Source: Octopus vulgaris (Eukaryota). From it: a DNA stretch of 64,000 nucleotides. The position numbers and the translations under genes are program-made. The stretch lies in NCBI GenBank assembly GCA_951406725.2, contig OX597834.1:6386001-6450000 (forward strand), written 5' to 3'. The notes under the pieces are model-generated. The model was not told the DNA's origin. It ran no database searches and saw only the letters and a program-made list of their open reading frames with translations. The stretch's first letter is position 1, and each line of letters begins with the position of its first letter. This document shows, piece by piece, positions 12,205 through 26,957 of this stretch.

Positions 12205-12345
12205 TTTCTCTCTGCATTCCTTTCTGAAGAAGAGCATAAGCTTGAAACATTAAACTTCATCCATTTTACCTGAGTGTCAAACTAATACACCCTACTCGTT
12301 GTCCCCGCACCTGTCTCTATCTTTCATTTTTTTGTTTGTATGTAT
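12205..12345 (+). mobile_element. Penelope-like terminal fragment with minimal hammerhead-like motif
   Basis: CTTT-CTGAAGA-A-GAGCATAAGCTT-GAAACATT. Same family as 14889-15040, 51161-51238 and 55150-55310. Confidence 0.55.
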
Positions 12346-12420
12346 AATTTTGAACCCTAGACACACAGACAGACATATAGTCAGAGAGACAGACAGATAG
12401 ATATGTATGTATTTCAGTTT

Positions 12421-12762
12421 AATATGAGGTATACTTGCCATCTCAATATGGCTAACTACTAAGGGTGGGTGCCAGCTTGTAGCCCCAGGAGAACATCGTC
12501 TCCAGCTGGCTTTAGGCACACTTTCTGTGCCCTTATGGTATTTCCAAAAGGAGGTCACCCTTCCCTCGTCAACCTAGAAACTGCAGTCCGTGTGTATCAC
12601 TTAGGTTGACGAGGGAAGGATGACCTCCCTTTGCAAATACCATAAGGCCACAGAAAGTGTGCCTAAAGCCAGCTGGAGACGATGTTCTCCTGGGGCTACA
12701 AGCTACAGTAACACCCACCCTTAGTGGTTAGCCATATTGAGATGGCAAGTATACCTCACATT
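12421..12762. repeat. Long palindrome / fold-back element, ~155-bp arms
   Basis: 12421-12576 is the near-perfect reverse complement of 12602-12762, with a ~25-bp spacer. Confidence 0.92.
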
Positions 12763-13094
12763 GTCGTGCAGTTACTGTTTATATCTCATTTAGAGATTTA
12801 TTATTGCTATATCAGTTTATTTTACTGATAATAATCTGACATTGGCATAGGGCCACACATGTAAAAGGAAGATGAGGCAGAACCCATGAGTCAAATATAC
12901 TGTGTTTATATTAAGCCAACAAAGGAGCCTGTATATACTCTTTTGAGTTGATAGAAATAGCAGTTAAACTTCCCTTGCATCATAGCCACATGTCGTAAAT
13001 AAAGAGGAGAAACACTTATTAGATTATAAAGTCCTGCATTCCCTAAGTAAAATGAACATGGTTGGTCACTTTTGGGTCGTCTTATCATAAGTTT

Positions 13095-13675
13095 CATCAT
13101 CATCATTGTTCGACCGTGGTCAAGACAATAGAATTTACCATGCCACGCCAGACTTCACGGTCCATCATGGCATTACGGAGGTCCTGTTGCTGGATGCCTG
13201 TATCCCTGGAGATTACATCAGGGTAGGAGAGTGTGTGCCCTCTGGTATCGTAACCGTGGTCGAGACAATGGAATTTACCATGCTACGCCAGACTTCACGG
13301 TCCATCATGGCATTACGGAGGTCCTGTTGCTGGATGCCTGTATCCCTGGAGATTACATCAGAGTAGGAGAGTGTGTGCCCTCTGGTATCGTAACCGTGGT
13401 CGAGACAATGGAATTTACCATGCTACGCCAGACTTCACGGTCCATCATAGCATTACGGAGGTCCTGTTGCTGGATGCCTGTATCCCTGGAGATTACACTC
13501 GCCTCCTTGTGTGAGCTCAAAATCTCTCGTGGAAGCGTCATCCAACCAAAATGCAAATATATGGGAAACTACCACCTGTGTCATCCCTTGTGAAAGGTAG
13601 GAGAGTCCAGTTTGCTGGACATTGTTGTAGAGCTGAAAACACGGCAATTTCTACTCTTCTCCTCTGAAAGCCATC
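13095..13675 (-). mobile_element. RTE LINE 3' end, triplicated (140-bp period), with 5' inversion
   Basis: Minus strand: DTRGHTLSYPDVISRDTGIQQQDLRNAMMDREVWR, (GAT)n tail. Plus strand 13494-13675: YTRLL..QNLSWKRHPT..RRVQFAGHCCRA. TSD atcataagttt at 13084-13094 / 13673-13683. Confidence 0.88.
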
Positions 13676-14089
13676 ATAAGTTTACTCAGAGTTGATCAGG
13701 GGCCACACAACACCAACTGTATTTTATCACTAGAACTCATTAGATTGCATTGCAAGTCTTTGATGTTTTGAGCCTGTGCTCTTCTATCAAAGGGAATGCG
13801 GAGAGAGACACAAATAGTTGAAGATGGTCAAAATGTTAAAAAAAAATTTGGAAAGTCATGGTAGGCTGGTTTGCTAAAAATCAACAACAGTGTACAAGCA
13901 GCATACCCTTGAATACCCGTGTACAACCAGCATACCCTTAAGAAAGAAACAAACAAAACATAGGATATTCTTTGCTTGGATGTCTTTGATCATAAGTCAG
14001 CTCAGTGTTAATCTGTGGCCCCATAATCATAAAACTATATTTCATGACCAGTACTCAGTCAAACACAGAACCTTCATGTGGTCACTCAG

Positions 14090-14502
14090 TCTCTCTTTAC
14101 TCTTTTACTCTTTTACTTGTTTCAGTCATTTGACTGCAGCCATGCTGGAGCACCGCCTTTAGTCGAGCAAATCGACCCTGGGACTTATTCTTTTGTAAGC
14201 CCAGTACTTATTCTATCGGTCTCTTTTTCCGAACCGCTAAGTTACGGGGACGTAAACATACCAGCATCGGTTGTCAAGCGATGTTGGGGGGGACAAACAC
14301 AGACACACAAACACACACACATATATATATACATATATACGACGGGCTTCTTTCAGTTTCCGTCTACCAAATCCACTCACAAGGCTTTGGTCGGCCCGAG
14401 GCTATAGTAGAAGACACTTGCCCAAGGTGCCATGCAGTGGGACTGAACCCGGAACCATGTGGTTGGTAGGCAAGTTACTTACCACACAGCCACTCCTGCA
14501 CC
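14090..14502 (-). mobile_element. SINE-A
   Basis: Full-length match. Confidence 0.9.
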
Positions 14503-14888
14503 TGTTAATAAAAGCAGCTAATCATAGTCGAGATGAGATAAATTTGAGGTTGGAGTAGGACTCTTGTGTTTTCTAGAAGTAAATGCGATGATGGAAAAAT
14601 AACAGAAATGATGGAAACGGTGGATGTAGATTTTAGAGATGAGTGTAAAGAATTGTCAGTGGTATTGAAAGAATTCACCTTTGCACAGGAGAGAATGGTA
14701 CCACTGATATAATTATTGAAGGAACAACGGTATAGAACAGAGATGGGCGTGGTGAAGTGGCACAGAATTTGAGACTTAACATGACCAATGATCAGGCAAG
14801 CATATATAAAGCTCACTTCTCTATTTATGTATGTATATAGAGAGTGTGTATAGATGCATACATACATGCATATGTATGTTCATATGTA

Positions 14889-15040
14889 GGGGAGAGTTTA
14901 CGAAAAAAACAAAAGACGAAGACAGGTGGTGTACAAAACAAACAGATGTATTAGTATAATGCTCAGGAATAGAAAAAGTCTTTTACGTTTCGAGACTACG
15001 CTCTTCTACAGAAAGGGACACAGAAAAAACAAGAAGAGAA
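14889..15040 (-). mobile_element. Penelope-like terminal fragment with variant minimal hammerhead (14980-15015)
   Basis: Minus strand: CTTT-CTGTAGA-A-GAGCGTAGTCTC-GAAA-CG-TA-AAAG. Confidence 0.6.
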
Positions 15041-15124
15041 ACAGTGTATGCCTACATACACTGAATACACATATGTATCTCTTATGATAATATGATAATA
15101 TATATATGTTTGCATGCATATATT

Positions 15125-15549
15125 TTCTTTTATTTCTTTTATTTTTATTTGTTTCAGTCATTTGACTGTGGCCATGCTGGAGCACCGCCTTTAGTTGAAC
15201 AAATCAGCCCCAGGGCTTATTCTTTGTAAGTCTGGTACTTATTCTATCGGTCTGTTTTGCCGAACCACTAAGTTATGGGGACGTAAACACACCAACATCG
15301 GTTGTCAAGCAATGCTAAGGGGACAAACACAAACACACAAACACACACACACACATACACATAGATATATATATATACATAAATACGACAGGCTTCTTTC
15401 AGTTTCCGCCTACCAAATCCACTCACAAGGCATTGGTCGGCCCGAGGCTATAGTAGAAGACACTTGCCCAAGATGCCACGCATTGGGACTGAACCCGGAA
15501 CCATGTGGTTGTGTAGCAAGCTACTTACCACACAGCCACTCCTGTGCCT
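15125..15549 (-). mobile_element. SINE-A
   Basis: Full-length match. Confidence 0.9.
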
Positions 15550-15886
15550 ATATATATGTATATATTATTTACATTATTATATACATTTATGTATGTATCT
15601 ATGTATGCATTTATGTATCTATGTATTTTCATATTGCTAGGATTTGCCTCGTTATATGATTGTTGTAGTTGATTGATATCATTTATATGATGATAGATAG
15701 GCACAAGATCAGTGTAAGACAAGATGAAAAAATATGATGAGGGAAAACAATGCTATGATACGATGGACACAAGCATATGTAAGCAGCTTCACACACATGC
15801 TTACAGACACACGTATGTATATATATGTATATATATGTATATATACACATATACATGCATGCATACATACATGATGGACAAACATA

Positions 15887-15923
<37 letters not shown>

Positions 15924-16082
15924 ATGGGAATATTAGAAGAACAAGATATTGATAAAGATAAATTAAGAGATGCATGGAATTGTGCCTACATAAACAAAAG
16001 GATAGATCAAAACAAGTCTTAGAAGCAAGGGCTGCTGTTATATATAAATGTGTGTGTGTTTATACATGCACACACACACACA

Positions 16083-16113
<31 letters not shown>

Positions 16114-16232
16114 GCACACACACACACACATGCACACACACACACATAGATATAGAGATATTCATATACATAAATATAGATGTATGTCTGTATGCAGTTG
16201 CATACACACACCATATATGTATGTATGTATAC

Positions 16233-16321
<89 letters not shown>

Positions 16322-16337
16322 TAGATATATATGTATC

Positions 16338-16369
<32 letters not shown>

Positions 16370-16383
16370 CATACATACATACA

Positions 16384-16444
<61 letters not shown>

Positions 16445-16446
<2 letters not shown>

Positions 16447-16741
16447 AAATGAGATAGGGGTTGAAATTCAACCCACCATGGGATAATATATATCCAATAT
16501 ACTGCTATATCCAATATACTGCTAATATAATGTAAACGCTTATGAGAACATCACAGAAATTTTAAATAAATTTTGACTAACCAACCGTATAATTTTCTTT
16601 TTGTGATTTAAATTTCAAACCAATAGCCAATCGAATTAATCTAAATTTTCTTTACCTAGTGGTCAGCATTTCTTAACTCATAGTTATTTCGATCTTGAAA
16701 GGATGGACTTGGTGCTAACTTAACTGTATCTATTTTTATTA

Positions 16742-16808
<67 letters not shown>

Positions 16809-17464
16809 AGTAATTTTTATTAACTTTTATAGCTTTAGAATTTTATGAACTGTACCACGGATTTAATTATTATTTTTCATCTCCATATGTGTTAGCCTTT
16901 TTTTATAAAAAAAACTATTAGCCAAATATGTATAATATCGGTACTTATTAATATTAATATATACACTGTTATATATTTTGTTTTATTTTGTTCTGTTTAC
17001 CTTCCTTTTTTGTACAAATGTGTATTATATTATATAAGTGTAGCATTATGATGTATAAGTTTTTATATTTTACATTTTTATATTTTTATATTTATTTTTA
17101 TATTTATATGTATATGATTATATAATATTTTTCACTATTATAACAAATTTAATTTAATTCTCTGAAGAGGCCGTGGGGCATCCTTGTTAATGCCTCATTT
17201 ATACCTGCCTTTATGGCTTATAGGTTAAATGAGGTATGACTGTCCTCACTGCCGAAACAGCTGTCAGTTTTGATTTATTTGCATATTATATTTGAAATTT
17301 TTTACTTATATCTCTTTATCTTTTTACTATTACTGTATACCTCATTTCATTTTATATATTGCCTTTACTCATATGTAATGGTGTATTAAAGTATGGATTG
17401 AGTATCATCGGATAGTTGATGTTTTACTGATTTAAGTATGTTTCTCCATTCTCTAATTTTGTAG

Positions 17465-17466
<2 letters not shown>
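16445..17466 (+). mobile_element. AT-rich hammerhead-bearing element between (TA)n tracts, probably Penelope-like
   Basis: Bounded by (TA)n on both sides and contains the hammerhead at 17160-17267. Confidence 0.5.
17160..17267 (+). ncRNA. Type I hammerhead ribozyme motif, long stem II
   Basis: CT-CTGAAGA-GGC[GTGGGG..GTTAATGCCTCATTTA..TAAATGAGGTATGAC..CCTCAC]GCC-GAAA-CAGCTG-TC-AG. Palindromic stem III, GUC site at 17265. Stem I has only 2 contiguous bp. Confidence 0.75.
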
Positions 17467-17518
<52 letters not shown>

Positions 17519-17777
17519 TATGTATGTATGTATGTATATGACTACATTAATCTTTGTATGCATATATTGATTCAGGCAAGGCTGTGTAGTTAACAAATTT
17601 ATTTCCCAACCACATATTTTCAGGTTCAATCTCACTGCTTGCAGCTTGGGCGAGTGTCCTCTTCTCTAGTCCATGGCCAGCAAAACCCATATAAGTGGAT
17701 ACGATTAATGGAAACTGAAGGATGCCCTCTCTACACATATACATGTTTGATATGTGTGTGTATGTGTATATGAGAAG

Positions 17778-18085
17778 ATGCGTAGCAAAGTAATTAGGCT
17801 CAGGATCATAGGGTTGTGAGTTTGTTAGCCAGTGGAGCATTATGTCCTTGAGCAAGACACTTTACTTCCCACTGCTTCAATCCACTCAGCTGGTAAACAT
17901 GGGCTGTGCTTGTATTTCAAATGGACAGCCTTGTCACATTCTGTGTTATGTTGAATTGACTGAGAACTATGTTAAGGCTACATGTGTCTGTGGAGTACTC
18001 AGCCACTTGCACATTAATATCACGTGCAGGCTGTTCCATTGTTTGGATGTTCTAGAACCCTTATTATCATAACTGACAGAGTGCC
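17778..18085 (+). mobile_element. SINE-D, diverged, tail T1
   Basis: tccttgagcaagacactttacttcccactgc core followed by gtgtctgtggagtactcagccacttgcac tail. Confidence 0.65.
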
Positions 18086-18652
18086 ATGTTGTTTTATAAC
18101 ATGTCTGGTGTCTTAGTGCAATTGTCAGACTCTTCCCCTGTGTCTGATGATTGTGCTGGGACACCAGACAGTTTATAAAACAATGTTTGACATGTTCTCA
18201 GTACATGAGACTAATAGTAGCACATAAAAACATATATTGTGTTTATCAAAACAAATATATATACGTATGTATGTATGCATGCATGTATTTGTGTGTGTCT
18301 GTGTGTGTGTGTGTGTGTGTAGTCGTCATCATCATCATCACCATCATCATAATCACCATCACCATACATCTGTTTTCCATGCTGGCAAGGGTCAGATAGA
18401 TTGATAGGAGCTGCACCAGGCTGCATAATCTGTGTGTTCATGTCTTAGTGTTTGTTTATGTCTTCCATCACTGCTGGACAAGTGTTGGTTTGTTTACATC
18501 CCCCCTAGCGGTTCAGCAAAAGGGATCAATAGAATAAGCCCCAATTTCGAACACTAAGTCCTGAGTTTGATTTGTTCAACTAAAACCCCTGCACAATGCA
18601 GTGCCCAAACATGGCTGTAGTCCAGTGGCTGAAAAAGATTAAAAGATAAAAC

Positions 18653-19064
18653 CATCATTTAATGTCCGCTTTCCATGCTAGCATGGGTTGGATGATTTGA
18701 TTGATGTCTGGCGAACCAGATGGCTGCACCAGGCTTCAATCTTGATCTGGCAGAGTTTCTACTGTTGGATGCCCTTCCTAACGCCAACCACTCCGAGAGT
18801 GTAGTAGGTGCTTTTACATGCCACCGGCACAGGTACCAGTAAGGTGATGCTGGTAACAATCACGCTCGGATGGTGTCTTATACGCACCACCGACACGGAG
18901 GCCAGATAGCCGCTCTGGCAACGATCACATTTGGATGGTGCTCTTAATACCCTACTAGCATGGGGCTCGAGTGCCAGTAATGCGACACAGGTAACGATCA
19001 CGCTCAAATGGTGCCTTTTAAGTGCCACTGGCGCGGAAGCCAGTTAGCCACTCTGTCAATGATC
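18653..19064 (-). mobile_element. RTE LINE 3' UTR fragment
   Basis: Reverse of the ccaacccatgctagcatggaaagcggacattaaatgatg terminus. Confidence 0.75.
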
Positions 19065-19340
19065 AGAAAATATAACTGTATATTGTTTTTCTTGTAACTG
19101 TGATAGATCTAAAATTTCTGTTTGTTCTACTTGTGTTAGGAAGATTCACTTAAAACCATCAACTGCGTAAGTGAACTTTACAATCTCACCAAGTGCACTA
19201 CTAGTTGTGGTTAGGACTATTGCTGTCTTCATAACCACTTATACGACTTACTTTGTGTGTTTGGGACACTTTTCCATTAATTATTTACTAAGCTCTTCAT
19301 TTTCTCCGTTTTGTACATTCAATTATGTGTTCTGAGTTTG

Positions 19341-20758
<1,418 letters not shown>

Positions 20759-21063
20759 GTGTAGTGTGGTTTCTTTTTAGCTGATGCTGTTGTTCAGTCC
20801 ATGCAGTTTAAGTATGTGTGAAAGCAATTTCGTTAAGAGAATAAAATGGGTGAAAATAAAATTTTCAAAGTTTGTAAAATGAAACATTTTTTTTTTTCTT
20901 TTGCTTGTTTTTGTTTGGCGTCTACTCTTGTGTCTTGAGGACAGACTTTCCCTTTGGAGATATAATTCCTTTTACTGGTATGCCAATGAAAATCCCATTC
21001 GGTAATGTTGAAGTAAATCATGTCTTGAAGAGTGGACAAAAGTGACATCTTTATACTACAAGT

Positions 21064-21932
<869 letters not shown>

Positions 21933-22040
21933 GCTGTGACTACACATAAAACAATATCATTGATGATGATGGTGGTGATGGTGATGGTGATGATGATAAT
22001 GATGATAGTGATGGTAATGGTGATGATAATAACAATAATA

Positions 22041-22838
22041 AGCCGACTACGGCTGCTATAATGGTACGATTATAATTGTAACGGCAATGATGGCCGTCTC
22101 CCCACGAGCCAATCAAAGCTAAAAAATGATAACATTATCGTAGCACCAAAATGTTTTTGGAAACTAAAAGGAAAACTAAATCAGTATACCAAATCGCTTG
22201 TCCTATGGTTAATCTGGAAGCGCGTCCCCCAGGGAAGAGCCAGCCTGGGATCGAAAAGTCATCAACTGGTACAAACTCTTCTCCGAATACGGACATGGAT
22301 GGTCACTTGAAGGGGAAATCCCCCAACTCGAGCCCTCCAAGTTCACCACCACAACCACCACAGAAAGAAAAATGTAAGCGGAACAAATGGACCCGAGAAG
22401 AGTATAAAGAAGTAATATACGCTTATTACTATGCATTAGGTAGGCCATCTCAAGAGAGACACACCGCAAACTCTTACAGTATATGGAGAACACGGAATCA
22501 AGACAGTAGGCCCTATTTGGACGAGAACAAATTAGCAAATGTGAGGAGGGATATCTTTAGAAATAACAGACTCACAGACAGTGAAATAAGCGCGATCAAG
22601 CACGCAACGGAAAATGACATAAATATAAGGTACATCACACATATTGAGAAGAGCATTGTCGATGTGAGAACTGTTGCTGCTCATGTATTTTAATTTAACT
22701 TTAAAAAAAAAAAAATATGAACGAACTACTGAGTTTGGTTTAATGGCCTACCAATATACACTATGAGTTTCTTTGCCCTAGGAGTCGGGAAGACACTCGG
22801 CAAGAAATGGAAGAAAATTGGAAAGAAGAAAAAAAAAG
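22041..22838 (+). mobile_element. Internally deleted R4/Dong-clade non-LTR retrotransposon in (TAA)n
   Basis: ORF 22151-22693 has the R4/Dong N-terminal pattern RNKWTREE...YYY...LANVRRDIFRNNRLTDSEI. It joins out of frame at 22629 to the C-terminal motif GTSHILRRALSM* (22629-22667), then 3' UTR and (TAA)n. Confidence 0.8.
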
Positions 22839-23242
<404 letters not shown>

Positions 23243-23669
23243 AACCCTTTCTACGATAGGCACGAAGCCTGAAATTTTGGGAGAGGGAATAAGTCAATTA
23301 CATCAACCCCAGAATTCAACTGGTACTTGTTTTATTGACTCCAAATGGATGAAAAGCAAAGTCAACCCCAGCAGCATTTGAACTCAGAATGTGAAGACGA
23401 TTGAAATGCCACTAAGTATTTCACTTGGTGTGCTAATAATTCTGCCAAATAATAATAATACTGGTAATGATGATGAAGATGATGAAGATGATGACAATGA
23501 AGACAACAACAACACTTGTCAACATCGTAAGCATCTTACAAAATTACATGAAAACATGGACTTCTTCTTTTACGGAATATCTCACAGCTCACACATCAAG
23601 CAATAAATAATAACATTGGATTGAAAAGTTGAGAAGGTTAAAGGAAGAATTTGTTTGATGAAATTGTAC

Positions 23670-24070
23670 ACAGGAGTGGCTGTGTGGTAAGTAGCTTGTT
23701 TACCAACCACCTGGTTCCGGGTTCAGTCCCACTGCATGTCTTCTACTATAGCCTCGGGCTGACCAAAGCCTTGTGAGTGGATTTGGTAGACAGAAGCTGA
23801 AAGAAGCCCGTCGTATATATGTATATATATATGTATGTGCATGTATGTTTGTGTGTCTGTGTTTTTCTCCCTAGCATTGCTTGACAACCGATGCTGGTGT
23901 GTTTGCGTCCCCGTAACTTAGCGGTTCGGCAAAAAGAGACCGATAGAATAAGTATTGGGCTTACAAAGAATAAGTACCGGGGTCGAGTTGCTCGATTAAA
24001 GGCGGTGCACCAGCATGGCCGCAGTCAAAATGACTGAAACAAGTAAAAAGAGAAAAAGAGAAAGAGAGAA
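23670..24070 (+). mobile_element. SINE-A
   Basis: Match to the family, small internal deletion. Confidence 0.9.
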
Positions 24071-24430
24071 AAGCCATGAACTCTAATTAGATTCATTAGT
24101 CTTGGGTGTCTTTGGGCTGATGAGACAAAATAATGTTGAAAAACTGGGTGTACCAAAGTCCCTTTACATTAATTTATTGAGTGTGTTATGAACACACATT
24201 TGTCGGGAAGGAGAAATTGTTCTCCTGTGAGGAAACACAGCAGGGATTAACATATTCACTTTCAAATCTGCTGGGACATATTTATCAAGTTCTACACGAA
24301 GCACATCTTCTTTAAGTACACTTACTGTGGTTCCCAAACTGGGATCCATAAAGCCCTGGTGGTCTGCAAAGGCAGTACTGGGGATCCATGAACTAAATTC
24401 AAAATTTCATATATATATATAAATATATAT

Positions 24431-24736
24431 ATATAATATAATTCGAGACAAAACCACTATTTTAAAACCAAACAAGGAAAGACTTAATCAATACATAAAA
24501 TTTTAATATAAATTAAATAAAATAAATAAAATAAATAAAATAAATAAAAATAATAAATATTTATTTAATTTATATTAAAATTTTATGTATTGATTAAGTC
24601 TTTCCTTGTTTGGTTTTAAAATAGTGGTTTTATCTCGAATTATATTATATAATATTTTACTATAAAATTGGATTTAACCCTAAATCTGATTTTTCCCTGT
24701 AATTTTGGATTCATTCCCTAATATTTATTATTAAAC
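24431..24736 (+). mobile_element. Penelope-like fold-back fragment in (TA)n
   Basis: ~91-bp inverted arms 24431-24521 / 24560-24650 plus an 86-bp tail. The arm is related to 55793-55866, which lies next to a hammerhead. Confidence 0.7.
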
Positions 24737-24754
24737 ATATATATATATATATAT

Positions 24755-24984
24755 GTAGGTCTCGGGTTGAGTCGGGGTTAACCACAGTAAATAAGGTACT
24801 CAATACATAGCAGAGTAAATTAACTTATTTTATAGAAGGAGCTTCTACAGGACTAGAACTGTTTCATTCAAATGAAATCATCAGGAAGCTTGCTGGCAAA
24901 AAAAACAAAAAAAAAACAAGCTTCCTGATGATTTCATTTGAATGAAACAGTTCTAGTCCTGTAGAAGCTCCTTCTATAAAATAA
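24755..24984 (-). mobile_element. Penelope-like fold-back fragment with a hammerhead in each arm
   Basis: Perfect 68-bp arms 24825-24892 / 24917-24984, A-rich spacer, 70-bp tail 24755-24824, (TA)n flanks. Confidence 0.78.
24919..24969 (+). ncRNA. Type I hammerhead ribozyme motif (mirror copy on minus strand at 24840-24890)
   Basis: AGCTTC-CTGATGA-T[TTC ATTT GAA]T-GAAA-CAG(8 nt)CTG-TA-GAAGCT. 6-bp stem I, GUA site. Confidence 0.78.
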
Positions 24985-24992
24985 ATATATAT

Positions 24993-25891
24993 ATGGTATG
25001 GTCATGTGGCGAGAATGGATGAAGATAGTTGTGTGAAAAAGTGCCACACCCTAGTGGTTGAGGGAACCTGTGGAAGAGGCAGACCCAGGAAAACCTGGGA
25101 CGAGGTGGTGAAGCACGACCTTCGAACTTTAGGTCTCACTGAGGAAATGACTAGAGACCGAGTCCTCTGGAAGTGTGCTGTGCGCGAGAAGACCCGGCAG
25201 GACAAGTGAGTCCATAACCCGTGGCCTTCTACTTAGGATGGAGCCAGCCTACATATGCATACCTTCCCTTCTTGGGACACAAAACTCTACCTGTTGAGGC
25301 AAGTGAGGATCAGAATCGAAATCGATCAATGGAAATTGCAGATGTGTTACCAGTGCAGGTGGCATGTCGATACTCTACTTGTGAAGACCCGTTGAGGCAA
25401 GTGAGGATCAGAATGGAAATCGATCAATGGAAATTGCAGATGTGTTACCAGTGCCGGTGGCATGTCGAAACTCTACTTGTGAAGACCCATTGAGGCAAGT
25501 GAGGATCAGAATGGAAATCGATCAATGGAAATTGCAGATGTGTTACCAGTGCCGGTGGCATGTAAGAGAACCTTCCGTTTCGCGACCGTTGCCAGCACCG
25601 CCCCGTTTCGTGTCCATTGCCAGCCTCGCCTGGCCCTTGTGCCGGTGGCACATAAAAAGCACCATCCGTTCGTGGCCGTTTGCCAGCTCTGTCTGGCACC
25701 TGTGCGGGTGGCACGTAAAAAGCACCCACTACACTCACGGAGTGGTTGGTGTTAGGAAGGGCATCCAGCCGTAGAAACACTGCCAGATTTGACTGGGCCT
25801 GATGAAGCCTTCTGGCTTCACAGACCCCAGTAGAACCGTCCAACCCATGCTAGCATGGAAAACGGACGCTAAACGACGATGATGATGATGA
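24993..25891 (+). mobile_element. RTE-clade LINE 3' end with 98-bp tandem repeats in the 3' UTR
   Basis: WYGHVARM...GRGRPRKTWDEVVKHDL...RDRVLWK*. UTR units start at about 25285, 25373 and 25471. (GAT)n tail. Confidence 0.9.
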
Positions 25892-25928
<37 letters not shown>

Positions 25929-26014
25929 CGTTGCTATTATGCTTAAGTGATGTAAGCCTAAAATGTTGCTTTTTCAGAAAATGAAAATATAGTTTCACCA
26001 TTCCATAGCAAAAG

Positions 26015-26325
26015 TGGAGGCGCAATGGCCCAGTGGTTAGGGCAGCGGACTTGCAGTTGGAGGATCACAGTTTCAATTCCCAGACCAGGTGTTGTGTGTG
26101 TTTATTGAGCGAAAACACCTAAAGCTCCACGTGGCTCCGGCAGGGGGTGGTGGTGACCCCTGTTGTACTCTTCTGCCTCAACTTTCTCTCACTCTTTCTT
26201 CCTGTTTCTTGAGTAATGCTGTGATGGACTGGTGTCCTGTCCAGCTGGGGGGAAAACATGCATAGAAACTGGGAAACGGGGCCCATGAGTCTGGCTAGGC
26301 TTGAAAAGGGCACATAAATAAAAAA
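26015..26325 (+). mobile_element. SINE-C (tRNA-Arg-like head) with tail T2
   Basis: Head ggaggcgcaatggcccagtggttagggcagcggact shared with 39561-39946 and 43680. Distinct tail gatggactggtgtcctgtccagc. Confidence 0.8.
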
Positions 26326-26550
26326 ATTCCATAGCAAAACTGTTGTACTGCACTTTAACAATTTTTGATATCTTGACATCTGAAGCAGCTGGAGATACGA
26401 TAGTTTGACCAAAAGAATCAGCTTTTGCAAGCAAAAATGAATTTCGAAAAAATGCATTTGGCCAAATTTGGACATACGATAGTTTAACATTATAGTAACG
26501 ATATATATATACATAAGGATAAGCATATTAAAAGGGGTCCATGGGAAAAC

Positions 26551-26768
26551 TCATTTAAACCGGCCATATCCAGCTAAAAGTATTCTGCCTGTTATATGTT
26601 CAAACTGGCCAGATCTGGTCTCTCACACCAGCCCTACAATATCGTTTTAAAAATTAGCAGCTACCTCCTCAAAAGCTCAAAGCTACAAGATAATGCATGA
26701 TTAGTTCAAAACAATGTGGGTAAAAAAGGATTAATTTTGGCAGAATAATGCGAACACTAAAGGGTTAA
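26551..26768 (+). mobile_element. piggyBac-type MITE fragment
   Basis: Ends ctaaaggg-TTAA. A related left-end fragment lies at 41440-41530. Confidence 0.5.
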
Positions 26769-26957
26769 ATAAAAGGGGTTGGGAACCACCATTGGGAACC
26801 ACTGTGAAAAGGTGGGGAACCATTGAACTATAACAACATTTTTCAAAATGCCTGCATCAATTTTTGTTTCCTTCCTCTTTTCTGTATTCAGATTTTGTTA
26901 CCTGCCCTGTAACATACTTTCATTTCTCACCCTTGAGGCAAATAAAATAAAATAAAC

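Noticed and set aside
22041-22135. HDV-like ribozyme at the Dong 5' end
   Set aside because: Plausible for R2/R4-group elements, but I could not build a consistent P1-P4 double pseudoknot by eye.
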